Assembly: GCA_951406725.2 (NCBI GenBank)
Contig: OX597832.1
Location: 60,760,001 to 60,824,000 of the forward strand
Origin: Octopus vulgaris
Taxonomy: Eukaryota
DNA: 64,000 bases
Direction: 5' to 3'
Position numbers and translations under genes: made by a program. Numbering within the stretch: the stretch's first letter is position 1; each line of letters begins with the position of its first letter. The notes under the pieces were generated by a model. That model saw only the letters and a list, made by a program, of their open reading frames with translations. It ran no database searches and was not told where the DNA came from. Positions 11,418 through 24,900 of the stretch are shown in pieces.

Positions 11418-11675
11418 TATGCACACGACCAGTTATTTCCAGCATGGTGGTATCTGTTAGATAGTCTAAATTATAATTTTAAATAATTACATATATATAT
11501 ATATATATACATATGTATATGAGTCTTTGTATGTATACATATGTATAGACAGATAAATTGATAGAAATCTGTATGCATAACCATACACAAAGATATATGC
11601 GTAAATATACATTCATATACGTATGTACATATACATAAACCCTTACATATATATGTATGTACTTATATGTACATA

Positions 11676-12030
11676 GGCATAAGAAGCTTACTTCCCAACT
11701 ACACAGTTCCTGGTTCAGTCCCACTGTGTGGCACTTTGGCTAAGTGTCTTCTACTATAGCCTCGGGCTAACCAAACACTTGTGAGTGGGTCTGGCAGATG
11801 GAAACTGAAAGAAGCCCATCATATATATATATGTATGTATGTATGTATGTATTTGTGTGCCTGTGTTTGTCACCCCACAATCACTTAGCAACCGATGTTG
11901 GTGTGTTACCATCCCTGAAACTTAGCAGTTTAGTAATAGAGACTGATAGAATAAGTACCAGGCTTACAAAAAATAAGTCCTGTGGTTGATTTGTTTGACT
12001 AAAGGCAGTGCTCCAGCATGGCCACAGTCA
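11676..12030 (+). mobile_element. SINE family A
   Basis: Colinear diverged match. Confidence 0.82.
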
Positions 12031-12201
12031 AATAACAAACAAAAAAATGAAAAAAGAATAAAAGAATATATATAAATATATATATACATACATACATACA
12101 CACAAACAAACACAGATGTATATACATAAATGTACATGCACGTATAATTGTGTACTTCATAAAGTAGAGTACATTGCAAGTGTTGTATGAAGTACAAAGT
12201 G

Positions 12202-12248
<47 letters not shown>

Positions 12249-12744
12249 GCACTATGTGTATGTATAAACATGAGTGTGGGTATATATATTTATATATGTA
12301 TGCATGCTACATATAAATCTGTTTATATAATGTGCACACACACATGCACACACATATGCAAACACAGACATGCATATATATAGAAATATGCACACACACA
12401 TACATATATACAAACACACACAAACATGCATGCACACATACACACATTTACAAACATACAAATATACGTGCACACATATATACAACACACACATATACAT
12501 ATATACATACAAACACAAACAATATGCACATACACACATGCAGATGTATGATTTCAGCCAATACCTCATGCGTAAATTAAACTTAATTAAATATAACAGA
12601 CAATTGTAAACAACTGTCCAGTGTGCTTGATTAACTTTAATTAAATTTAATTTACACACAGTGTCAGCCGAAATCTATAGGTTTACTTGTAATAGTGCAA
12701 TACAACTTTGCTAACGAAGGCTGCTAACGTGTCAGCATGATTAC

Positions 12745-12791
<47 letters not shown>

Positions 12792-12810
12792 GTATTTACA
12801 AATATACATA

Positions 12811-13159
12811 GGTGCAGGAGTGGCTGTGTGGTAAGTAGCTTGCTTACCAACCACATGGTTCCGAATTCAGTCCCACTGTGTGGCACCTTGGTCAAGTGTC
12901 TTCTACTACAGCCTTGGGCTGACTAAAGCCTTGTGAGTGGATTTGGTAGACGGAAACTGAAAGAAGCCCATCATATATATATACATGTATATGTTTATTT
13001 GTCCCCCCCACCATCGCTTAACAGTCGATGTTGGTGTGTTTACATCCCTATAACTTAGGCTTACAAAGAATAAGTTCTGGGGTCGATTTCTTCAACTAAA
13101 GGCAGTGCTCCAGTATGGCCGCAGTCAAATGACTGAAACAAGTAAAAGAGTAAAAGAGA
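12811..13159 (+). mobile_element. SINE family A with internal deletion
   Basis: Head and tail intact; lacks the agcggttcggc...agtact segment. Confidence 0.85.
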
Positions 13160-13599
13160 ATATTCATAACTACACACTGATGCACAGATATATGTATGTC
13201 ATGTGTTTCTGAGTGTGCGTATGTATTTTACTGGTTCCATCCATCCATCCGTGGCCATGCTGGAGCAATCAGTTGGTAATTCATTACACTGTTACTTGCT
13301 GTTAGCTGTTACCACACATATAAAGTGTATCTTCCATTCTGCGCGTACGCACACACACACACACAAGCACATATATTTGTATGGTGTCTGCTAAAATTTT
13401 GTTGAGAACCTACTCTTTGTGGTAAGGCGATCTGACGTCTATCTTTAGCATGTTAGGAATCCACTTTGGTGGTCGGTCATTCCTCTTATTTTGCATGTAA
13501 TATAACTTTTAATCTTTGGATTTTTTAAATATGCTAAGCCACTGGTTTTAATTGATTAACCTCAATTTCTACCCTCGTTATTTATGTATAAATATATAT

Positions 13600-13978
13600 G
13601 GGCGGTGCATGAAAAAACAGTCTAGGTTCCATAGCATAATGGAAATACAGAAATAAATTTACTCGCACAAAAACAGCACCCAACCTTTCGTTTGCAAGTG
13701 TCATTCTGCTGTCTCACCTGAAAAATGTAGGCTTTTAATCATTGTACACATGTGAAATGGCATGGCTTCAGATTAATCCTTTTCAATACTCGTTGCCATG
13801 ATCTCTTCCTTATATGTAGGACTGCTGCACCAATTCATATGCTGACTTCTTTTGACTTTGAGTAATCCTGACAATCTGGCGTTCAAACTCTAGCGTGTCT
13901 TTGTTTTGGGGTGTCGTGCACTGACCCCGTTGTGCGCCACTTCTTAACCGACATTTGTATCGTTGGAGTAAAGATTAT
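13600..13978 (-). pseudogene. Possible Tc1/mariner transposase N-terminal remnant
   Basis: Minus strand 13975->13860 reads TIQMSVKKWRTTGSVHDTPKQRHARV*TP, resembling the Tc1/mariner HTH-linker motif (VKKFRETGSV.D.PRSGRPR.VRTP); extent uncertain. Confidence 0.45.
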
Positions 13979-14027
13979 TTGCCAACATAACATGGCAGTC
14001 CTGGTTTAGGACGAATGTTACTGTAAT

Positions 14028-14147
14028 TTAGCCCCAGGAGACATCATCTCCAGCTGGCTATACGACATGATTTGTATCCTTATGTTTTTGAACAAGGACA
14101 CAGATCATGTTGTATAGCCAGCTGGAGACAATGTCTCCTGGGGTTAA
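14028..14147. repeat. Long inverted repeat / hairpin (54-bp arms, 12-nt loop)
   Basis: Arm 14028-14081 vs arm 14094-14147: 6 mismatches, all transitions; loop atgtttttgaac. Confidence 0.9.
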
Positions 14148-14902
14148 CACAACACATCACCTGGTCCAGGAATTGAAACCACAATCTTACAATTATGATG
14201 CTGACACCCTAACCACTAAGCCACACGCCTCCACATTTACCAGAAATATGACTTCAAAAATTTCTCACATTTGCTTAACAGAACCCGTTCTCACAAACGC
14301 TTTCACAATCTCTATTCTTTCCACTATTGAGTACATCATCTTGCAGAAAAGGCTACAGATGTTCTCTCAATGCAATCTTACAATTAACTAACGAGGTGAG
14401 GATCTGATGAGGATAGTGTAGCAAACATTTGACAAGAGCGCCATCTTTATTCAGCAATTACAAGTGGTCAGAATAACACAGTAACAGTTGCAAATGAAAC
14501 GCCGGGTGCTTTTTTCATGTGTGTACATATATTTTTCTGTATTTATATTATGACAAGTATCTTCTATAGCCATGTGGTAACTGAAACATTGTCAGTGGAT
14601 TTGATAAGCAAAAACTGAAAAAAAGCCCTTCCTACATGTGAGTGTGTGTGTGTGTGTGTTTGCGAATCTTTGTCTTGACATCATGTGATACTTGTAAATG
14701 TGTCACTGTCATACAAGCAGTCTCATTCACTTCAGGTATTCTGCATAAAGATGTCAGGCCATGGGGAAATGATGTTATCTTTGTTTGAAACAGGTGAGTA
14801 TCATTAAGAGAAGGGGCATCTGGCCATAGAAAAAAATCTGCTTCAATAAGTTCCATTTCACTCATGCAATCATGGAAAAGTGGACATTAACACAATGATG
14901 AT

Positions 14903-14979
<77 letters not shown>

Positions 14980-15592
14980 TGTACGTACGTCTGTGTATGC
15001 TTATGTGTGGGTGGGTGTGATCCCTTACTGCTAACAAATATGTAGGAATTATCTACGCAACAGTTAGAGAAATACAATCAGCATTGTAAAGAGGAAAAAG
15101 ATACAAGGGCTCTTTGAATGAATAACAGGGACCCAATCCTACTTTATTTTTAAATGAACAACAAAACTTTGAAAAGGGTTTTTATGAGGTAGCACTGGTG
15201 GAAAGGAGTAGCTGCTCTCAAAATCCATGATGTGGACCACAATATGTGTGCATGTGTGTGTGTGCACATACATGCACATGTGTGTATCATCTCTCTCTGT
15301 ACATTTATGAGGCTGCCTGTGTTTTAGCAAGGCAATGTGTGTATGCTCACATATACATAGTCAGTCTCTCTCTCTCTCGCTCTCTCTCTGTATTCCTCCC
15401 TCTCTCAGCATCACTTGTAATGAGATGGGTACCAGCAGAAGGAAAACAGAAAAAAATAACCCGAGAACGGAACCAGGAAAACTACAAATGGATGAAGACC
15501 TGCTGAACGTGTGCAGAGAGTACTGTACTTTTTTTTTTCACTGTGCAAATAACCAACCACCTTTTATGTCCCATAAAATAGCTGACAAAAGC

Positions 15593-15875
15593 ATCATATC
15601 ATCATCGTTTAACGTCCGTTTTCCATGCTAGCATGAGTTGGACGGTTAGACCGGGGTCTGGAAAGCCAAGAGGCTGCACCAGGCTCCAGTCTGATCTGGC
15701 AGTGTTTCTACAGTTGGATGCCCTTCCTAACGCCAACCACTCCTTGAGTGTAGCGGGTGCTTTTTATATGCCACCGGCACAGGTGCCAGGGGAGGCTGGC
15801 AACGGCCATGATTGGTTAGTGCTTTTTACGTGCCATCCATCTTTACATCCTTTTTTCTATGCTAGCATGGGTTAG
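15593..15875 (-). mobile_element. Family C element
   Basis: catcatcgtttaacgtccgttttccatgctagcatg...ggatgcccttcctaacgccaaccac. Confidence 0.85.
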
Positions 15876-17479
15876 ATAAATATGGTATTGAGACCCTTCC
15901 TGTTGCTAATACTGGCATTTTTTTCAGAGTAAAAGATTTCTTTTTTCACATGTGATTCAAGACACAAAGCCAGAAGGTAATTTGTTAACACAGTGCCGCC
16001 ACTTGCAGCCATGCCATTCTTGTGCAACTGCAAATGTTAAGTATTCAGATGCACGTGCACACACACACACGTGTGATGGGCTTCATTTAGTTTCCATCTG
16101 CCAAATCTACTCACAAAACTTTGGTCAATCTGGAAGTAAAAGACCCTCCCTCCAAGTTGGCATGTGAGACTGAACCTGAAAGAACATGGATGGAAAGTAA
16201 ACTCCTTAACTATAAACCCATTAAGAACTTGGCTTGTTCCTGGCATAAAATGTCCTCCCCACCCTCTCAAATACTGACTGAGACAGCGCCCCCCCCCCTT
16301 TTCCCCTTTGCTTGTTCTTTTCTGCTTTGTAAATTAATTTGCACTCATGTGACGGTGGCACCAAAAATGAGCAGACATGCCAAAATGGAAAACAGACGTT
16401 CACTTATGGTGATGATGATGATGATGATGGTGATGATGTTATGCATTATATATAGGTTCTATGTTACACAGATAATTGGTGGTTAGAAACATCATTTCTA
16501 CTATTGTGATAAACAATGTGTCATGAGGTTGTTAATGCTCTCATTTTGTTTGTACATTGCACTGTAAAACCAGAAGGTGGACCAAACGGAAAGTGAATTT
16601 CTTTAATTACATATTGTTATCTATGTGCTTACATGTGTGTGCATGTGGATGATAAGAAAGAGAGAGCTATATGATCTATACGTATGTATTTGTTCAATTG
16701 AAGCCATATCTTGTACATTTTGCCTTTTTCATACACGCCTAAGTTGATACCAAGTATCGTTCTTCGAGCTTGTTAGACACACACACACACACACAAGCAT
16801 ACACACACACACGTATATGGCTGTGGTAGAGGCATCGCAGAGGTGAGGGCTGGTTGTATGATAAAGTGTCTTCTACTATAGCCCTGAGCCAACTAAACCT
16901 TTGAGAATAGATTTGTAGATAGAAACTGAAAAAATCCTGCTGCATATATATGTATGTGTGAGCCTGTGTGTATGTCTATATGTATGCACACATATTTGTA
17001 CCACCCGACATAAGAGTTAGCAACAGGAAAGGCATCCAGCCAAGAAAATCTGCCTAACAAATATGGGAAACTAAACATTAAACCAATGGTAATGACGGAT
17101 ATATATATATATGTGTAGAAGGATAGCTAGATAGATAGATAGATATTCAAAGGAAATACATATATATATATGTGTGTGTATGTGTATATATGTGTCTTTA
17201 TGTGCATATATCTCTAGAAGTAGCCATACTTCAAAAACTGGTGTGAGAGCATTTACATGCGTATATGCATTTATGTGCATATGTCTGTATTTATTTAAGT
17301 TTCCATTTCAAAGATTGTATACACACTTACATATACTGCTATACCCTTGTTTTCGCCTATCAAAATACACACGTTTCAGTAGATGTCTATCTATGTGCCT
17401 GATTTTGGTTTGTGTGCATCCTAGCGCAAGTTTGCATGCACACATGGGAATACCCGGCTGTGTCTATGCAAATATGCAC

Positions 17480-17522
17480 ATACTCGTGTGTGTGTGTGTA
17501 TACATATATACATACAGGGTTG

Positions 17523-17564
<42 letters not shown>

Positions 17565-17572
17565 TACGGGTT

Positions 17573-17614
<42 letters not shown>

Positions 17615-18050
17615 ATGTACACATATATGCATATATACAAATGTATACATACATATACACACATATATAGATACATATTTACATATATATATATACATAC
17701 ATACATATATATACATATCCATATCCATACATATATGTATACATACATATATACATATCTATACATACATATATACATATTTATACATACATGTATACAT
17801 ACATGTATATATATATATATATATACACACATATATGTATACATATATATATATATATACATACACATATACATATATATATACATGTATACTTATATAT
17901 ATACATACATGTATACATATATATATACATACATGTATATACATATATATATACATATATATACATATATATATACATACATATACACATATATAGATAC
18001 ATACATATACATACACACATATATATATATATCCACACACAGAAACACAC
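17480..18050. repeat. Compound (TA)n/(TACA)n microsatellite array
   Basis: Almost only TA/CA dinucleotides; explains the 300-aa Y/I/H/T ORF. Confidence 0.9.
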
Positions 18051-18411
18051 ATGCTAGCATGGAAAGCAGACGTTAAACGATGATGATATATATATATCAA
18101 CATGCAAAATTATATCAAAAGTACATTTTCTGAGAATCTTCAGCTTAAGATTTGTGGTTGGAAGCAAAGGAAAAATGATCCTCAATGTATATTTATGTTT
18201 GAGACGGTGCTTAATTTTCATTATGGACTGTTATCTGGGTCTATAATTTTGAGTGTGTCTGTCTGTATGTAGCTGTGCAAGCTCATGTTTATGTTATTAA
18301 TAATATGTGTTCATGTAGACCAGCTGCATAAGTTTGTGCGAGTGTGTGTGTGTGTGTTTGTGGGGGAGTGGTGTTAAAAAAGGTTTATATGTACATATAA
18401 GGGATATGTTT

Positions 18412-18781
18412 CACAAGGCCTGAAATTTTAGGGGGTGTGGGGGTGGGCAGTCGGTTAGATCGACCCCAGTATGTAAATGGTACTTAATTTATCGACCCCA
18501 AAAGGATGAAAGGCAAAGTTGACCTCGGTGGAATTTGAACTCAGAATGTGAAGACAGATGAAATACCTATTTCTTTACTACCCACAAGGGGCTAAACACA
18601 GAGAAACGGATTAAGTCGATTATATCGACCCCAGTGCATAACTGGTACTTATTTAATCGACCACGAAAGGTTGAAAGGCAAAGTCGACCTCGGCAGAATT
18701 TGAACTCAGAACATAGTAGCAGACGAAATACCGCTAAGCATTTCGCCCGGTGTGCTAACGTTTCTGCCAGCTTGCCGCCTT
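18412..18781 (-). mobile_element. SINE family B, tandem double unit
   Basis: Core cgaccccagt..actggtactt..tt.atcgacc...gaaaggcaaagt.gacctcgg..gaatttgaactcagaa occurs twice. Confidence 0.85.
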
Positions 18782-18879
18782 TGCATATGTATATATTGTC
18801 ATAAATAGGTATATGTATATATAAATGACTGTGTATTTGTGTATCTATATGTGTACGTGTATACGCACACTATATATTC

Positions 18880-19151
18880 AAACATACATATACATATATA
18901 CATACATACATACATATATACATACATACATACATACATATATACATACATACATACATACATACATATACATACATACATACATATATACATACATACA
19001 TATATACATACATACATATATATACACATACATATATATACACATACATATATATACACATACATATATATACACATACATATATATACACATACATATA
19101 TATACACACATACATATATATATATATATATACATACATACATATATATAT

Positions 19152-19182
<31 letters not shown>

Positions 19183-19401
19183 CATACATATATATATATA
19201 TACACATACATATATATATATATACATACATATATATATATACACATACATATATATACACATACATATATATACACATATATATATATACACATACATA
19301 TATATATATACACATACATATATATATATATACATACATACATATATATATATATACACATACATATATATATATATATACACATACATATATATATATA
19401 T

Positions 19402-19476
<75 letters not shown>

Positions 19477-19530
19477 CATACACATGCATATATATATATA
19501 TACATATACATACATACATACATACATATA
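18880..19530. repeat. Higher-order microsatellite (tacacatacatata(ta)n units)
   Basis: Direct inspection; source of the 220-304 aa low-complexity ORFs. Confidence 0.9.
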
Positions 19531-19532
19531 AA

Positions 19533-19921
19533 GGTACAGGCATAGCTGTGTGGTAAGAAGCTTGATTGCAAACGACATGATTGTAGGTTCAGTCCCATTG
19601 TGTAGCACCATGGGCAAGTGTCTTCCCAAATAACTGTGGGCTGACCAATGCTTCGTGAGTGGATATGGTAGATGGAACCTGAAAGAAGCTCCTCGTATAT
19701 GTGTGTGTGTCACTTTGTGTCTGTGTTTGTTCCCCCATCACAACTTGATAACTGGTGTTGCTGTGTTTGTATCCCCATAACCTAGCAGATCAGCAAAGGG
19801 GTCTGATAGAATAAGTACCAGGCTTAAAAAAGAAAGGACTAGAGTTGATTTATTTGACTAAAAATTCTTCCCAGCGGTGCCCCAGGATGGCCACAGCCTA
19901 ATGATTCAACAAAGTAAAAGA
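19533..19921 (+). mobile_element. SINE family A, diverged
   Basis: Colinear match to family A. Confidence 0.8.
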
Positions 19922-19924
19922 ATA

Positions 19925-20189
19925 AATACACACACACACACACATATGCATACATACATATATACACATACATATACACACACACACACACACATACATA
20001 TATACACACACACACACACACATACATATATACACATACATATACACACACACACACACACACACATATATACACATACATATACACACACACACACACA
20101 CACATATATACACATACATATACACACACACACACATATATACACATACATATACACACACACACACACACATATATACACATACATAT

Positions 20190-20224
<35 letters not shown>

Positions 20225-20423
20225 CATACATATATATATATATATACATATGTATATGTATATATATATATATACTCACACACACACATACATATATACA
20301 CATATACATATATATACACACTCATATATGTATGTATGCATATGTTTTATTTATTAAATTGTTATTATATATATATATATATGCATACATATATGTATAT
20401 ATATATATATATAAATATATGCA

Positions 20424-20454
<31 letters not shown>

Positions 20455-20491
20455 ATATATGCATGTGTGTGCGTATATATAAACTTATGCA

Positions 20492-20527
<36 letters not shown>

Positions 20528-20537
20528 CATATATATA
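19925..20537. repeat. Compound (CA)n/(TA)n array
   Basis: Direct inspection. Confidence 0.9.
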
Positions 20538-20910
20538 TGCAGGCGTGGCTGCGTGGCAAGTAGCTTCCTTCCCAACCACATGGTTCCAGGTTCAGTCCCA
20601 CTGTGGGGCACCTTGCGCAAGTATCTTCTACTATAGCCTTGAGCCTTTTGAGTGGATTTGGTAAACGGAAACTGAAAGAAGCCCTCTGTACACACATATA
20701 TATATATGTATATATCTATGCGTGTGATTGTGCTTTTGTTTGTCCCACCCCCACCATCGCTTGACAACCGATGTTGGTGTGTTTACATTCTCGGCAAGAG
20801 AAACCAAAACAATAAGTACTAGAACTACAAAGAATAAGTCATGGGGTCGATTTGTTTGACAAAAGATAGTGCTCCAGCATGGCCGCATCCAAATGAGTGA
20901 AACAAAGGAA
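20538..20910 (+). mobile_element. SINE family A, diverged
   Basis: Colinear match with small deletions. Confidence 0.8.
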
Positions 20911-20953
20911 AGAATGAAATATATATATATATACATGTGTATATATATATATG

Positions 20954-20999
<46 letters not shown>

Positions 21000-21454
21000 T
21001 ACATATATATACATTATATACACATTTAGGATTTTTTTTGTTTTTTTTTCTTCGAACCACAAATCTCCCACTGAAGATTTTTAGATATTTATATACATAG
21101 ATACATACACATGCATACATACATATATGTATATACATACATATGAATAAAAGAATATATATGCATATATATTTAAACATATATATATATACATGTATAG
21201 ATATACATACACACAAATACATATGTATTCATGTATTATACATACATGCATATACATTTGTGCAGATACACGTACACACACACATACATCTATCCATATA
21301 TATATTTGTATATGCGAATGTATGTGCATGTGTGTATCTACCTATCTATCTATATATATATGCTTGTCTTCATGCATGTCTGTGTATGTGTGTTCGATAG
21401 AAATGAAGAATATATACGAGCAAGGAAAATAGGAAACTCAAAGGTATGACCCTA

Positions 21455-21670
21455 TAGTTGTTATTCTTTGACCTCAGGTGGGCCCCAATCGAACAGAGAA
21501 CTATGATGAAAACCATTTCAACCATGGTCATCCTGTCTTTTACTCCAACTGTGTGTCCCTCGACTACATTTATTTCAAAGTGCCCTACCGATATTTGATT
21601 TAAAACAACTGGGTGTGATTCAAGTGAGATTAAGCTGTTATTTCTAGCCGGTCAGCGACCATACACAGGC
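21455..21670 (+). mobile_element. Dispersed repeat family E
   Basis: ttgacctcaggtgggccccaatcgaacag..ctatgatgaaa.cattt...gactacatt...gggtgtgatt...gctgttatttctagccggtcagcgacc. Confidence 0.6.
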
Positions 21671-21739
21671 TTCGCTTTTTTTTTTTTTTTCACTTTTTGC
21701 TTGTGTGAGTGCAGACAACACATGGACTTAAGTGGAGCT

Positions 21740-24700
21740 CCGCTCAATGAGAGATAAAGAGGGGGAGAATAAGAAATAGATATTGAGATGGGGTGAGTAT
21801 AAAAGAGAGGGGGAGAGAATGAGGGGATGAAGAGAGAATAAGGGATAGGTAGAGAGAGAGAGAGAATGAGGAATAGGTAGGTAAGTAAAGAGAAAGGGAG
21901 TAAGATATGAAGACAGAATGAGGAATAGCAAGAGAGCGGGAGAAAGAGAGAACGAGGGGTTGTGAAGAAAGAGAGACAGAGGGTACGTAGATGAGTGAGT
22001 GGAACACAACTCAGACGGAGATGAATTTGGTGAGAGTGACGTGGTGTGAGAGAGAAAGGGAGAAATGGATGAATGCGTTAAGGGAGGGAGAAATGGATGA
22101 ATGCAGACGATATAGAGAAGGAGATGAAAAGACAGAAAGAACAAGGTAGAAAGTGAGAAAAACAGAAAGGGTAAAAAGTGAGAGAAAAAGAGAGTAGTAA
22201 CAAGGGATGGAAAGAGGAAGGCACTTCCCCAAGAAGAAGAAGAAGGTTCGAAGTATAAAAAAAGAAAGAGTAAGGGAAAAATAGATGCGGAAAGAGACAG
22301 AAAGAATTAAAGAGATGCAGAAAATAGAGAGAGAATTGATGAAGTGTATGAAATAGCAAGATAGAGAGGGAGGGGAGAATGTAGAAATATTAAAAGGGGA
22401 GAGATAGAGAAGGATACAAATAGAAAGAGAGAAAAAGGGCAAGGAAAATAATAGGAGGAAGAGAGAGAGAGATGAAGGGAGGAGAGGAAGAGAGAGAGAT
22501 GAAGGGAGGGAGAGAGATGAAGGGAGGGAGGGAAAGAATGAGGGACAGGCAAAAATGTGAGACAAGAGGGGTATAGATAAAGAGAATGACAAATAGAGAG
22601 AGGGAGTGAGAAGAAGAGTCAGGGAGAGAATGAAGGAGAATGTGTGAGCTATGAGATAAGAATGGCAAGTGGGTTTCTTCTTCAGCCAGCCCCCGGTCTT
22701 CCAAGTTAATCGTTGGGACCACCACACGCTATTTATTTACTGTCGCTATCATCCCAGCCCTATCGACCAGGTTTCAAATATGGTTGGTAAATGATGTTGT
22801 GCGATGGGGGGGAAAGGATGTAGATAGGATAAGGTAAGAGGCAAAGAGAGGGAGAGAGAGAGTGAAAGAATGAGGCGAGGAAGAAAGTAGCACAAGAGAG
22901 AGAGAGAGAAGAGTTAAGAAAAAGGTAATAAACAAAAAAGAGAGAAAAGCGAAGGAGAGAGAGAGAGCAATAAGGGTCAATGGGGAAAGAATAATAAGAG
23001 TAAGGCACAGGGAGACGGGAGTGAGGAGTGAGAGAGAAAGAGAGAGAGTAAACAGGATAAAAAGACATAGAGAGGCGGTTAAAAAGATAGATACATAGAG
23101 AAGTGAGAGAAAGAAGATGGTAGCAGAGAAGGGGATGAGAGAGAGAGGAAGAAATGGTGATAGTGTAATATGAAGGTGAAGAGGGAGAGAGACAAAAGGA
23201 CAGGAGAATATGAGGGAGGGAAGTGATAAAGAGAAAAATGAGTGAGAGGTGAATGGGTAGACATGAGGACAAGTGGAAACTCGGTAAAGAAAAATATCTC
23301 CTTAGGTGAGTCGGTCTTAAAAGCTTCTGTAAGGAGGTGTGAAGAGAAAGAGAGTTGGCCTGACTGAAGAAAAAGTTGGAAGGAGAAGGGGTAGCCATCG
23401 AGTAAGAAATCGCGAAACAATGAAACAGAGACGGGGGAGAGAAGGGTTGATGGTGGTGGTGGTTAGGAGAGAAACCTTTAAAGTTTGTCTTTTGAGAGTA
23501 AGAAGAAGAGAGAGGGAAGACAGTGAAAGAGAGAGAATGAGACGGAGAAATGAGAAAGGAGAAGTAGGAAGAGCTTATGAGAGAAAGAGAGAGAGAGGGG
23601 GAGGGAGACGGGTCCAAAATTAGGGGAGATTATAAAAAGGTTGGAAGAGAGACAAGCAAAACGACGAGAGGGAGCGAAGAGCTTATGAGAGAGAGAGAGA
23701 AAGATAGTAGTTGAAAAGAAGAGTGGGAAAGAAAGGCTCAGTGTTTGGAGAGACTAACGAAATATCAAATGAAAAAAGATTTGAATAGAGAGAAAAGGAA
23801 AAGAGACAGACAGGCCTGGAATTAGGAAAGAAACAGAGTGAAGTATCAATTGAAGGAAGATTTGGGGAGATGAAGAGAGGGAGAGCTTAGTGGCTGTGAA
23901 AGAAAGAAAAATGGATAAATGGTTGTGAGAGAGGACGAGAGAGATAAAGAAGAATAAAAAGGAGAGAGAGAGAGAGAGAGAAACATACAAAAATGGAAAA
24001 CAACGCGCGCGCGCGTAGAGACAGACAGAAAGAATTGTCTATCTTTCTCTCTGTGACAGAGATAAAGAGAGTAAGAGAGATACGAGGAGAGGAAGGGGAG
24101 ATTAGAGAAGGTGGGATAAGATCGTGGTGTGAAGCCAAAAAATAAAATAGTCCTGTCTGCTCCGGTCGATAGTTTTGACGATAATGATGATGATGATGAT
24201 AATGGTGGTGTCAAAGTAGGAGAGAAATGGGGGAAAAACACTGGATAATGAGAAAGAGAGGAAGGTAAAGATAGGTTAGGTAGGCTGTGTGTATGGACGA
24301 AGACGACGGGAGAGGAAGATTAGGGTTAGTGAATGAGAGAGAGGGGAGAGGAAGGTGACATGTAGAGCAAGAGAAAAGGAGGGAAAGAACGACAAAAAGA
24401 AGGGGAGGAGGTGATATGTAGAGCGAGAGGAAAAGAGTGATAGAAAGGAGAGAAAGGTGACATGTAGAACAAGAGAGGAGAGAAAGACAGCGAGAGCAAG
24501 AGAGAAGGGGAGTAAAGTGACATGTACAGCGAGAGAGAGAGAGGGGGAAGGAAAGAGAGAGAGGAGAGGAAAGGAAAGGAGAAACAACTAAAGCCAGTTA
24601 TTCAGGGTTTCTTCGTTTTTGCCTGATCAACCAGGTGTAAAGTGTATTACAAGAATGCTGTATATTATTATAGAAAGAGTACAACAACAATAATAATGCC

Positions 24701-24900
24701 AACAACAAACGTAATGATTGATCGTGGTAATGGTGTTGGGACGAGGAAGAGAGAAGAAAAAAAAAGGCGGAAAGAAGTATAATGGAAAGAGAGAGTGTTT
24801 GTGTGTGGAGGAGGGGAAGAGGAGGAAGAAATAGTAACAGAATAGAGAGAGAGGAGGAGAAGAAGGTTGAAGGGGAGAATGGGGGAGGGGGTATAGGGAA
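21740..24900 (+). repeat. ~3-kb purine-rich (GA) low-complexity block
   Basis: Plus strand almost entirely G/A apart from short islands (22665-22800, 23270-23340, 24120-24240, 24590-24740); minus-strand S/L/F/P ORFs are artefacts. Confidence 0.85.

Noticed and set aside
17174-20482. Long ORFs of 200-304 aa rich in Y/I/H/T/C/V/M
   Set aside because: Translations of (TA)n/(CA)n arrays, open in several frames on both strands; no coding signal
23270-23345. Consensus donor AG|GTGAGT in a unique island within the GA block
   Set aside because: No upstream acceptor or supportable reading frame; a single motif is expected by chance in 64 kb
21728-24587. Minus-strand S/L/F/P-rich ORFs up to 285 aa that resemble membrane proteins
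   Set aside because: The polypyrimidine strand lacks stop codons by composition; ORFs overlap in multiple frames
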